A stretch of DNA of 63,669 bases, counting the filler, from Octopus bimaculoides (taxonomy: Eukaryota), in NCBI RefSeq assembly GCF_001194135.2. It is 5 parts of 5 records of this genome, joined end to end, with 100 filler letters (N's around TTAATTAATTAA, not from the genome) between each part and the next. Parts side by side here need not be neighbours in the genome. Positions count along the whole stretch, not along the records: positions 46,373 to 60,331 come from NC_068981.1; positions 60,432 to 63,669 come from NC_068982.1; 3 more parts are not named here. One strand, given 5' to 3'. The position numbers and the translations under genes were made by a program. The notes under the pieces were generated by a model. That model was not told the DNA's origin. It did no database searches and saw nothing but the letters and a program-made list of their open reading frames with translations. This document shows, in pieces, positions 53,556 through 63,669 of this stretch (position 1 is the stretch's first letter; every line of letters begins with the position of its first letter).

Positions 53556-54245
53556 TACAAAAGGGTATCAGAAAGTTCAAAGATTAGTTTAATTAAAAAA
53601 ACAACTTAAAGATTTAACATCATCTCCTTCAAAATACACCAGTCCCAGTGTTCCTGCTACTTTTGGAATCTGGCCTGGAATTTGTTTTCCGTAAGTGGGT
53701 CAAATACCCTCTGTGATTCACTCTGGATCTTGACGATGGTGTTAAAACGGTGATCTTCGGGCTGCATTTTCATCTTGGGGAAGAAATGAAGTGTGCAGGT
53801 GCTAAATCTAGTGAAAAGGTTAGTTGTGGAAGCAATACCATGTTGATTTTGGTAAGAAACTCAGAAGTGAGGAGAGTTTGGTGAAAAATCCAATTCTTCA
53901 CGCTCCACATATCAGATCGCTTTCACCAAATGACCTCCTTCGAATGCTTCAAAATATCACAGTAGGACTCTCAATCGGTGGTCTGGCCCTGGGTGTGAAT
54001 TTTTGATGCAAAATACCACATTTCTTGGGGTGATGCTTGTCACAGATCTTCCAGGGACACTCTTCCACTTTCAAAGTGCCTGTGCCACTTAAAACATTGC
54101 AAACGACCAATTGCCAAAACATGCTCAATGTCTCTGTAGCAGACTTCCCAAGTTCAACACAAAATTTCATATTGGCTCTTTGTCCCTCTCCCTGACAAAA
54201 CTGCAGACTACAGCATACACGTGATCACTAACAGCACTGTAATAT
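53556..54245 (-). mobile_element. Internally deleted mariner (Tc1/mariner) transposon
   Basis: Minus strand N-terminal GQRANMKFCVELGKSATETLSM is fused to C-terminal blocks (KRSDMWSVKNWIFH, FPKMKMQ...IQSESQRVFD, YFEGD). A terminal TIR-like tacaaaagggtatcagaaagttc lies at ~53556. Confidence 0.78.
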
Positions 54246-54259
54246 CATGATCATTGCCG

Positions 54260-54569
54260 GAGCAGCTGTATGGCTTCCCTGCCAGTGGCACGTAAACAGC
54301 ACCATTTGAGCGTGATCGTTACCAGTGTCGCCTTACTGGCACTTGTGCCAGTGGCACATTAGAAAATCATTCGAGCGAGGTAGTTGCCAGTGCCGCTGGA
54401 CTGGCTCCTGTGCAGGTGGCACGTAAAAAACACCATTTTGAGTGTGGCCGTTGCCAGTACCGCGTGACTGGCCTTTGTGCCGGTGGCACATAAAAGCACC
54501 CACTACACTCTCGGAGTGGTTGGCGTTAGGAAGGGCATCCAGCTGTAGAAACTCTGTCAGATCAGATTG
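54260..54569 (+). mobile_element. SINE-like family E with internal 65-67-bp tandem units
   Basis: Units start at 54281, 54347, 54412 and 54479 (gcc(a/g)gtggcac...). The following tail gtggttggcgttaggaagggcatccagctgtagaaactctg is shared with 39307-39483. Confidence 0.65.
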
Positions 54570-54870
54570 NNNNNNNNNNNNNNNNNNNNNNNNNNNNNNN
54601 NNNNNNNNNNNNNNNNNNNNNNNNNNNNNNNNNNNNNNNNNNNNNNNNNNNNNNNNNNNNNNNNNNNNNNNNNNNNNNNNNNNNNNNNNNNNNNNNNNNN
54701 NNNNNNNNNNNNNNNNNNNNNNNNNNNNNNNNNNNNNNNNNNNNNNNNNNNNNNNNNNNNNNNNNNNNNNNNNNNNNNNNNNNNNNNNNNNNNNNNNNNN
54801 NNNNNNNNNNNNNNNNNNNNNNNNNNNNNNNNNNNNNNNNNNNNNNNNNNNNNNTATATATATATATATG

Positions 54871-55188
54871 TAGTCATCACTAATTGTGATTGTTTGTGCT
54901 ACAAGCACATATACTGCTAGAAATAACAGCTAAACCACTTGTAGCTGAATAAAAGCACATTTCTATATACTGACAGGGTAGACAACTGTCTCATGAGTGA
55001 AGCAATGCTAGAGCACCAGACTTCACAGTTTCATCCTAATGGATATTGTCAATAGTGTGCCTCCATCACTTCTATATCCTGTCAGTGTATATAAAAAATG
55101 TGATTTTACACAGCCATAAGTGGTTTAATTCTTATTTCTACCAACACATGTGTTTGTAGCACAAACACATCACCATTAGTGATGGCTA
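54871..55188. mobile_element. MITE-like element with ~41-bp inverted repeats
   Basis: 54871-54910 and 55148-55188 are ~90% reverse-complementary. Confidence 0.55.
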
Positions 55189-55308
55189 AATGTTGCCTGT
55201 GTGGTGTATATTGTATCCAGGTGCCCACATTAATTTCATATTTATATGTATGGACAACGGACATTAAATAATGATGATGGTTTTAAATGATTGATATGGA
55301 AGACGGAG

Positions 55309-55465
55309 TGTAACTAGAAACATTTATCAGCACAACAATCGTTTCGGCTTCATTCTGCACAGCTCCCTTGTGGACGTGGGATGATGAAATGGTATCTGAT
55401 GCACTAGGGAGCAGTGCAGAATGAAGCAGAAACTATGGTTGTGCTAATAAATGCTTCTAGTTACA
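55309..55465. repeat. Foldback: 64-bp inverted arms, 29-nt spacer
   Basis: 55309-55372 vs 55402-55465, about 7 mismatches. Confidence 0.85.
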
Positions 55466-55677
55466 TTCTGTCTTCTGCATCAATCATTTAAAATATACCC
55501 TAGACACACCATAGAACTCCGGACATAGATCCACCGACGAACATGAGTAACGCTAATGACACCTGATAGCCATAAGTGGTGACTGTGGTCTGCAAGCACA
55601 CTACCTGGGACTTACCCTGAAAAAAAGTTTTGGATGCTGCATTTAACGCCTACTTTCTAAACCTTAATTTAATTTTA

Positions 55678-55899
55678 TACATGATGGAGTGCTGAAAGTT
55701 CCTGCATTTCAGGGAATCATGAAAGGCCCAGCTAGAGGCCCAACCTTTTGAGTTCTTTTACAGGGCTTAGAAAAATTGAAGGACCACTGCAATAAGTATG
55801 TGAATCTGAAAGAGGAATATCTTAAATAAAATCATGATTAACTGCGCCTCTTGCATTTTCTTTTACCCAAAGCCAAGAACTTTTCAGCACCTCCTTGTA
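55678..55899 (+). mobile_element. Short mariner deletion derivative (MITE)
   Basis: TIRs tacatgatggagtgctgaaagttc / gaacttttcagcacctccttgta with TA flanks. The interior encodes a transposase tail, GLEKLKDHCNKYVNLKEEYLK*. Confidence 0.7.
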
Positions 55900-56604
55900 T
55901 ATAAACACATATATGTATATGTACATGTGTGTCTATGCATTTTATTCTTTTACTTGTTTCAGTCATTTGACTTTAGCCATGCTGGAGCACTGCTTTTAGT
56001 CAAGCAAATCGACCCCAGGATTTATTCTTTGTAAGCCTAGTACTTATTCTATTGGTCCCTTTTGCCGAACTATTAAGTTACAAGGATGTAAACACACCAG
56101 CATCAGTTGTCAAGTGATGTTTGGGGAACAAACACAGACACACACACAGACACACATTTCCTTGCCTTCTCTTCATGCTCACTTTCCCTCCTCTTTTCAC
56201 TTCACTGTGTCCTGTCATTTTTTCTTGCCCTTCCTTATTTCTTCTGTCCCTCTGCCTCTAACTCTCTCTCTTCTCTCCCCACGTGACCGGTGTTCGGCCA
56301 AGCCTCAGGCTAACCAAAGCCTTGTAAGTGGATTTGGTAGACGGAAACTGAAAGAAGCCTATCATATATATGTATATATATGAGGCTATAGTAGAAGACA
56401 CTTGCCCAAAGTGTCACGCAGTTGGACTAAACCCAGAACCATGTGGTTGGTAAGCAAGCTACTTACTACACAGCCACTTCAGCACCTCTGAGTTTCTTCT
56501 CCACAACCACCTGACAACCAGTGCTGGTTTGTTTACATCCCTGTAATATTGTGGTTCAGCAAAAAAGTAATAGGATAAGAACCACTGTATCTACTATTCT
56601 TTTA

Positions 56605-56826
56605 TTCTTTTACTTGATTCAGCCATTTGATTGCAGCCATGCTGGAGCACTGCCTTAAAGGGTTTTAGTCGAATAAATTGACCCCAGGACTTATTCTTTG
56701 TAAGCCTAGTACTTATTCTATTGGTTTCTTTCAGCAAACTGCCGTTATGGAGACATAAACACACCAGCATCAGTTGTCAAGCAACGGTGGGGGGACAAAC
56801 ACAGACACTCTAATACATACATACAT

Positions 56827-56863
<37 letters not shown>

Positions 56864-57012
56864 TGTATACGATGGGTTTCTTTCAATTTCCATCTACCAA
56901 ATCCACTCTGAAGGATTTGGTTGGCCTGAAGCTGTAGTAGAAGACACTTGCCCCAGTGGGACTGAACCTGGAACCATATTGTTGAGAAGCAAGCTCCTTA
57001 CCACACAGCCAC
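56605..57012 (-). mobile_element. SINE family A copy, CpG-decayed
   Basis: Aligns to 17511-17924 with many CG-to-TG/CA changes. Confidence 0.8.
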
Positions 57013-57243
57013 ACTATACTTGATTTCCCTTATATCCAGTTTTTCTCGCAGCTTATTTGTACTGGATTGTTTATATACACAAACATTGCATCTCCAAAAG
57101 AGCATGCTCACTTCATTTCTTTCTAGTTTTCAAAAATCTTTAGGTACAAGCGTAGCTGTGTGGTAAGAAGCTTGTTTCCCAACCACTAGGGCAGGGGCGT
57201 GTTTATGTGTATAAATATATTACTGTGTGTGTGAGCATGTGTG

Positions 57244-57502
57244 CAGTGGCAGACTGGCCAAGTTGCCAGCTTGCCCGATGGTAAGTGGGCCCCTATGCCA
57301 TTAGAATCCATATATGGGGGCCTATGTTAGTATCTAAGGTGCCCATCCACTCAAGTTTGGAAGACTGCATTAATTATTTTAGCCTGGCTGTGTTTACTTT
57401 TAACAGAAGACAAAAAAAATAAATAAATAAATGATAGTTGTAGTTGTGGGTGGGCCCCTTTGTCTCTTGGCAACCAATATTTTTAGACCCAGTCCGCCAT
57501 CG
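57244..57502. mobile_element. hAT-type MITE with intact target-site duplication
   Basis: Imperfect 14-bp TIRs cagtggcagactgg / ccagtccgccatcg; perfect 8-bp direct repeat CATGTGTG on both sides. Confidence 0.75.
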
Positions 57503-58390
57503 CATGTGTGTGTGTGTGTGTGGGTGTGAGCGTGTGTGTGATTATTTCCCCATTTTGGTGCCTCCACCTCCCCCCTGACTCTGACCCTCTCTCACACCAA
57601 CAAGTCTGTCACACAAAAGGAATCAGTTGCTATTGTGAAGTACCCGTGTCATTTAGCTGCATCACACCTACAGCTCCAGACAGACGTACTGACACACAAA
57701 GCACTCTTGACAGCTTTCTATCTCCCAGATATGAACGAACCCATTAGTTAATCAAATCCCTATTAAATCAAGGAAATACATCTCACGTTTTTTTTTATTG
57801 CAGGAGACCCACCACCACTGCCACGTATTATGCTAAGAATCTACTCGAATAATCACTAAAACTGTCAACGGACACCCACCTCACAGACCGAACAATCATT
57901 CATAACTTTGACTCTAGAAATCTTATCATTCAACATTATAACTTTATCACAGATCAGTTTTCCTTGGTAGAAATTTAGGTCAGCTCTATTTGCGCGTTTA
58001 TCACTGGACCAGCTAGTGTACATCGAGGGGAGAAAACTCCCTTATTTTAGCAGATCTTTAAGTTTAGTCTAAGTTGCCTCCCCATAGTATTTTGTCCAGT
58101 GCGTACTTTGTTTTAAAAGTCATCGCCAAAACAGAAATGCAAGAGAAATCTTCATTTATGAAAATGGAAAGATTTGTATTTAGAAAAAATTCTCTTCAAG
58201 AAATATAATATTTTTTTAGATTTTCAAAATAAAGAAAAAGGAAAAAAAATATTCTAAAATATTTAAAACGAAGACCTTCCTAACTCGTGCAGACGACGAC
58301 TATAACTAAGTTATTAGGCCAAAGTGAACCAGTTCAAATCATAAATATCATTTAGTAAGCATATGAGATAGATAAGTTGCCATTCAAAAT

Positions 58391-58880
58391 GTTCAGCAAC
58401 GGGAGTTGGACGCAATAGGCAGGTGGGCTGAGGACAACAAGATGCAGTTTAATGCAGGAAAATTCCAGGCCCTACGCTACCAGCACACAACGCTAAACGA
58501 CATGCAGACAGGACACACTGGCCCAGGAGGAATTGAAATCCCCGAATCAAAATCAGTGCATGACCTGGGCATTGACATGAGCAATGATGCATCTTTCCAG
58601 GTGCATATTACCAATTTGGTAATAAAATGCAGACGGCTGGCTGGCTGGCTGGCTGGATCCTCCGAACTTTCAAAACAAGAGAAAAGGAAACATTGATGAT
58701 CCCTTGGAGGACATACGTACTCGGCCGCTTAGACAACTGCTCCCAACTATGGTCACCACACAATAAAAAATCCATAGCGGAACTCGAAGCAATCCAACAA
58801 AGCTACACTAAGAAAATTGTCCCAATGCAACATGTCAGCTACTGGGAAAGAGTTAAGGAATTAAAACTCTTCTCCCTGGA
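58391..58880 (+). mobile_element. CR1/L2-group LINE fragment (RT C-terminal region)
   Basis: Reads QRELDAIGRWAEDNKMQFNAGKFQALR...DLGIDMSND...ILRTFKTR...RLDNCSQLWSPH...LEAIQ...SYWERVKELKLFSLE. A (CTGG)n expansion near 58640 shifts the frame. Confidence 0.8.
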
Positions 58881-59798
58881 AATACCGCTAAGCATGAAAT
58901 ACTGCTAAGAATTTCGCCAGCTCCCCCCCCACCTTGTGTGTGTGTTTCTGTCTTTGTGTCTTGTGTTTCCCCCCACCATTGCTTCACAACCACCGCTGGT
59001 GTGTTTACATCCCCGTAACTTAGCGGTTTGACAAAAGAGACCAATAGAGTAAGTACTAGGTTTTAAAAAAATAAGTACTGGGGTCGAATCATTTGGCTAA
59101 AAATTCTTCAGTGCTCCAGCATGGCCGCAGACTGATATGCATAAAAGGCTAAAAATAATAGTCATTCCCTTAACATTCCTATATAGAGTAGCAGGAACAG
59201 TTTCTCTGATTATTCTCACAAGTTAAGGTTAAACACACATGTCCTGGGAACCATTGGGAAGTTATCAAACAGGTTGGCACATATTATTGACTAATTTTCT
59301 TCTCTTTTTAATAATCCTTTTTTTCATGATGGGAAAAATGGTAGAAATACCCAAGCGTTTCCTCTTTGATGTGATTTTTGTTAAATGTTAAAGTATTTTC
59401 ATAATTTTTAAACACAACCTTGATAAGGAACTGAAGTTAATTGTAACTTGTTGGTGGGAATCAAAAAAACAATATGAATTCCTAATAACATTGTTTTCCA
59501 CTTAATCACGTAACAGAACTTCTTAAAATAAGTGACATCGATGTAATTTGTTTCTTAACAATATAAATGTATCTTTGGCTGTGTGATTAAGCAGCACACA
59601 CAGCAATCATGTGGTTTCAGATTCAAACCCACTATGTACTACTGCATTTCCATTAAAATACATTGCCTTTGTGTCAATTAATTACAATAGATTAATTAAT
59701 TATCAATAAAATTAAGTACCAGTTACGTACTGAGGTTGATCTAATATACTGGTCCCCTCTCCCAAAATTTTGGGCCTTGTGCAGAAAAGATTATATTA

Positions 59799-59833
<35 letters not shown>

Positions 59834-59999
59834 GTGTCAGTTAGAGGTTGGGAAACCAAACAACCGAGGGATAGTACCTATCCAATATACTGCTGGTAGT
59901 GTACCCAAATATTCATACCCAGGTGCTAGTTATTGCGTGGCAAGCTCACAATTGAGTGTTATATATGGGCAGGGGTAAAAGGTGGTTTACTCTTAATTT

Positions 60000-60324
60000 A
60001 TATGGCAAATAAGAAAGTGGAGAGGATACAAAATCAACAGACATCAGCTGGTAGACATTCCAGTATGTCTATTTATTCCAATGTATTACAATGTATTAAA
60101 TGAATGCATACACATGTTCTAACCATGTATTATATTGTATTACATACACATGTACTAATATTACAGAAAAGAGCAAAAGATGAGATTGTCAGTAGGTACA
60201 AGCACCCACTGACAAGCTGATCATTTAATATATTCTAAGACATTGGAATAAATAGACATACTAGAATGTCTACTGGCTGATGTATGACCTTTTTGTATCC
60301 TCTCCATTTTCTTATTTGCCATAT
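60000..60324. mobile_element. MITE/foldback element with ~85-bp terminal inverted repeats
   Basis: 60000-60084 and 60240-60324 are near reverse complements (atatggcaaataagaaagtggagaggatacaaaa... / ...ttttgtatcctctccattttcttatttgccatat). Confidence 0.7.
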
Positions 60325-60331
60325 ATATATA

Positions 60332-60431
60332 NNNNNNNNNNNNNNNNNNNNNNNNNNNNNNNNNNNNNNNNNNNNTTAATTAATTAANNNNNNNNNNNNN
60401 NNNNNNNNNNNNNNNNNNNNNNNNNNNNNNN
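60332..60431. other. Artificial scaffold join
   Basis: Same 44N-12mer-44N structure. Confidence 0.9.
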
Positions 60432-60610
60432 CGAGTTATATTTAGAATACAAAATGTACTGTCACCCCTTCCAAGCATTCATTTTTAGAGCGATTTTTTT
60501 GATGAAATATAGTTCTGCATGAAAGACCATTAGTATAATATGTGCAAATTAACAATTAGAAAAAGATCAATCAGCACATAAAATAAAATGAAAAAAAAAT
60601 ATATATATAT

Positions 60611-61010
60611 AGGCGCAAGAGCGGCTGTGTGGTAAGAAGCTTGCTTACCGACCACATGGTTCCGGGTTCATTCCCACTGCGTGGCACTTTGGGCAAGTAT
60701 CCTCAACTATAGCCTCAGGCTGACCAAAGCCTGTAAGTGGATTTAGTAGACGGAAACTGAAAGAAGCCCGTCGTATATATGTATATATACATGTACGTGT
60801 GTGTATATGTTTGTGTGTCTGTGTTTGTCCCCCCAACATCGCTTGACCACCGATGGTTGTGTGTTTACGTCCCCGTAGCTTAGCGGTTCAGCAAAACAGA
60901 CCGATAGAATAAGTACGAGGCTTCCAAAGAATAAGTCTTGGGGTCGATTTGATCGACAAAAAGCGGTGCTCCAATATGGCCGCAGTCAAATGACTGAAAC
61001 AATAAAAGAG
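60611..61010 (+). mobile_element. SINE family A, full-length copy
   Basis: Aligns to the reference copy; CpGs largely retained. Confidence 0.85.
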
Positions 61011-61044
61011 AAAGAGAAAGAGAGAATACACGCACACACGCGCG

Positions 61045-61078
<34 letters not shown>

Positions 61079-62046
61079 CACACATACGTGAAGCTAGAAC
61101 ATCCCAATGCCACACATATATATATCTGAACGTTTGTAGGGATGGGCGACAATTGAAATAAAGAATCGAAATTCTCCACTTCACCCTAAAACATTCAATT
61201 TTGGGGAGAATCCCTTGATGAAATGTTTGTGTGTGTTTGTGTGTGTGTGTGTGTGTGTTTGTGTGTGTGTGTTTGTGTATGTGTGTATGTGTGTGCATGT
61301 GTGCGTGCGTGTGTGTGTGTGCTTGGGAACATGTCCATGTTTATACTGTGTAACTTNNNNNNNNNNNNNNNNNNNNNNNNNNNNNNNNNNNNNNNNNNNN
61401 NNNNNNNNNNNNNNNNNNNNNNNNNNNNNNNNNNNNNNNNNNNNNNNNNNNNNNNNTATATATATATATATACACACACATATATATATATACATATATA
61501 TACATAAATATATGCACATGTTTACTCATATGAATATATGTGTATATGTATATGTAATATATATATATTTTTGTGTGCGTGTGTGAGTGTATGTAGATAT
61601 ATATATATAAATATTTCTGAATGATTTTATGTGTGTGTGTGTGTGTATCTGCATGGGTGTGAGTGTGTACAACAATTAAAATATAAAGAATATCAGATTT
61701 CAAAATATAAATGGAAGAAATATATGCTTACATAACAATTTTTCTGGCGATACGTGCTTAGAAACGTATTTTCCAAGGGAAATGTTTGAACAACTTTGAA
61801 GAGATTGGTTTTTAAAGCAAGTATGGGCATGTATTTACTTAAGTACCGCCTACTTAATAGGCACTTACAATATTATAGCGTAAAAACAATTCGGAGACCG
61901 GATCTGAGTAAGTATTAGGATATTAATAAATAATACATATTCTAAATTTTATCTTGAAAGAGTGTCATAGCATCTGTCTCTGGAATTGTCTATCTGTGTA
62001 CATTAACCATATATCAACCTAGTAGTTAGAGCGCTGTTCAGAATTC

Positions 62047-63198
62047 GGGGCTATTGCCTTTTCGCACCTCTCCTTGAAAAATGCATTTTAAAAAAGTTTT
62101 TTTCCCAGATTCCTACGTTTTANNNNNNNNNNNNNNNNNNNNNNNNNNNNNNNNNNNNNNNNNNNNNNNNNNNNNNNNNNNNNNNNNNNNNNNNNNNNNN
62201 NNNNNNNNNNNNNNNNNNNNNNNNNNNNNNNNNNNNNNNNNNNNNNNNNNNNNNNNNNNNNNNNNNNNNNNNNNNNNNNNNNNNNNNNNNNNNNNNNNNN
62301 NNNNNNNNNNNNNNNNNNNNNNNNNNNNNNNNNNNNNNNNNNNNNNNNNNNNNNNNNNNNNNNNNNNNNNNNNNNNNNNNNNNNNNNNNNNNNNNNNNNN
62401 NNNNNNNNNNNNNNNNNNNNNNNNNNNNNNNNNNNNNNNNNNNNNNNNNNNNNNNNNNNNNNNNNNNNNNNNNNNNNNNNNNNNNNNNNAAAAAAAAAAA
62501 AAAAAAAAAATCCTCCCCCGCCCTTCACCCCCCTCTCCCATTTAAAATTTTGAACTTTTTCGAAATTTTTTTCCCTATGTTTAAGATGACGGAGATTCTG
62601 GATATGCAAAAAACCACGTTTTGAAACTTTAAAATTCAATAAGCAAACAGATAGGTTTATAGAGATATAGATATGAATGTCTTCCTACGGCTAAAAACAA
62701 CAGTAACACCGTCTTCTATAGGACCGCCACATTTAGTTGACAAATATATTTTATGAATAAATGAATAGGAATAAATAGCTAGACAGACAAATAAATAAAT
62801 GGATGAAAAAGTTCAAAATTTGAAATTGGGGGAGGGGTGAAATTTGAGCCCCTTATTAATCTTTATAACATTAATTATTAAATATTAATGTTTGTTTCTC
62901 ATAAAATGGCTCACAGGGAGATGCGGTGTATATTAAATTTACATTATTATTATTTACGATTATTTAAGGCAAATACAAGTAAAATGCAAATTCTTTTCAC
63001 ATTAATGTGTTTGTATTTAATTTCTATTTGCAAAATCAAAAATTTAAATTGTGTGTGTGTGTGTGTGTGGGCGGGGTGAAATTAAAAAAAAATTGTTTTG
63101 CACATTCATAATCTCCCACATCTAAAACGTAGGGATCCGAAAAAGGTTTTTCAAAAAAATGCATTTTTCAAAGAGAGATGCGAAACTGCATTAGCCCC
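62047..63198. mobile_element. Large palindromic non-autonomous DNA element (contains an N gap)
   Basis: Outer ~80-bp imperfect IR (ggggctattgcc... / ...gcattagcccc) and an inner IR (62525-62560 vs 62806-62840). No clear TSD. Confidence 0.55.
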
Positions 63199-63669
63199 AC
63201 CAGAATCCAATATCATGTTTTCGATTCTCAGAGTGGGAGTTGCGTTGTGTTCTGTTTTCATATCAAGTTGCACTCGTCCACTCAGTTATTGTTGACTAGC
63301 AATGCGATGAACTGGCGTCCCTTTCAGAAAAGTTATCGTGATCTCACTTATACGCCATAGCAAAAGCGCATAAAACACGGACACGCACGCACACACTCGA
63401 GTTCGATACCAGCCAGTGACGACCTTGCAGACAGCACCAGAATTTTCCCGCAGGATATATCTGTTGATTGTATTTGTATTTGTGTACCATTTCTCCGTTT
63501 TTTCTTCTCGTCCTTGTTTTCGTATACATTCGCTTGCTTTCTTGCAAGGAAACTAGTGCTCTTAGCTTAGACCCGTCCTTGTTTTTTCCTGTCCTTTTTT
63601 GTATCGTCTAACTGTCCAGATGTGTTGTCGCCTGTTACGTTCTTGTTCCATTTTTTTGTTTTCTTATAT

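Noticed and set aside
54281-54510. CRISPR-like array
   Set aside because: Eukaryotic context, no unique spacers and no cas genes; the units are homologous over their whole length.

Overview
AT-rich, repeat-dominated animal genomic DNA. The SINE families and the (TA)n/(CA)n/(TTA)n load match what I recognise from coleoid cephalopods (Octopus-like); this taxon call is an inference. No complete host gene can be identified, and almost all listed ORFs are microsatellite or N-gap artefacts. Supportable content: many copies of at least five tRNA-derived SINE families; decayed non-LTR retrotransposons (two R4/Dong-type REL-endonuclease fragments abutting TAA tracts, one RTE 3' end, one CR1-type RT fragment, one Penelope-like RT + GIY-YIG fragment); a deleted mariner; several MITE/foldback elements; and two DINE-1/Helentron-like ends. 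Four artificial 44N-TTAATTAATTAA-44N joins split the window into five segments whose adjacency is not guaranteed. Main leads: (i) minimal hammerhead-ribozyme-like motifs with self-complementary stem III in Penelope-type tails (38.8 kb, 51.2 kb, weaker at 7.8 kb), one inside an inverted duplication; (ii) a 14-kb segment (46.4-60.3 kb) whose repeats show systematic CpG decay, suggesting a methylated gene body, with unidentified candidate exons; (iii) a near-perfect 99-nt hairpin at 14.6 kb. All alignments and translations were done by eye.
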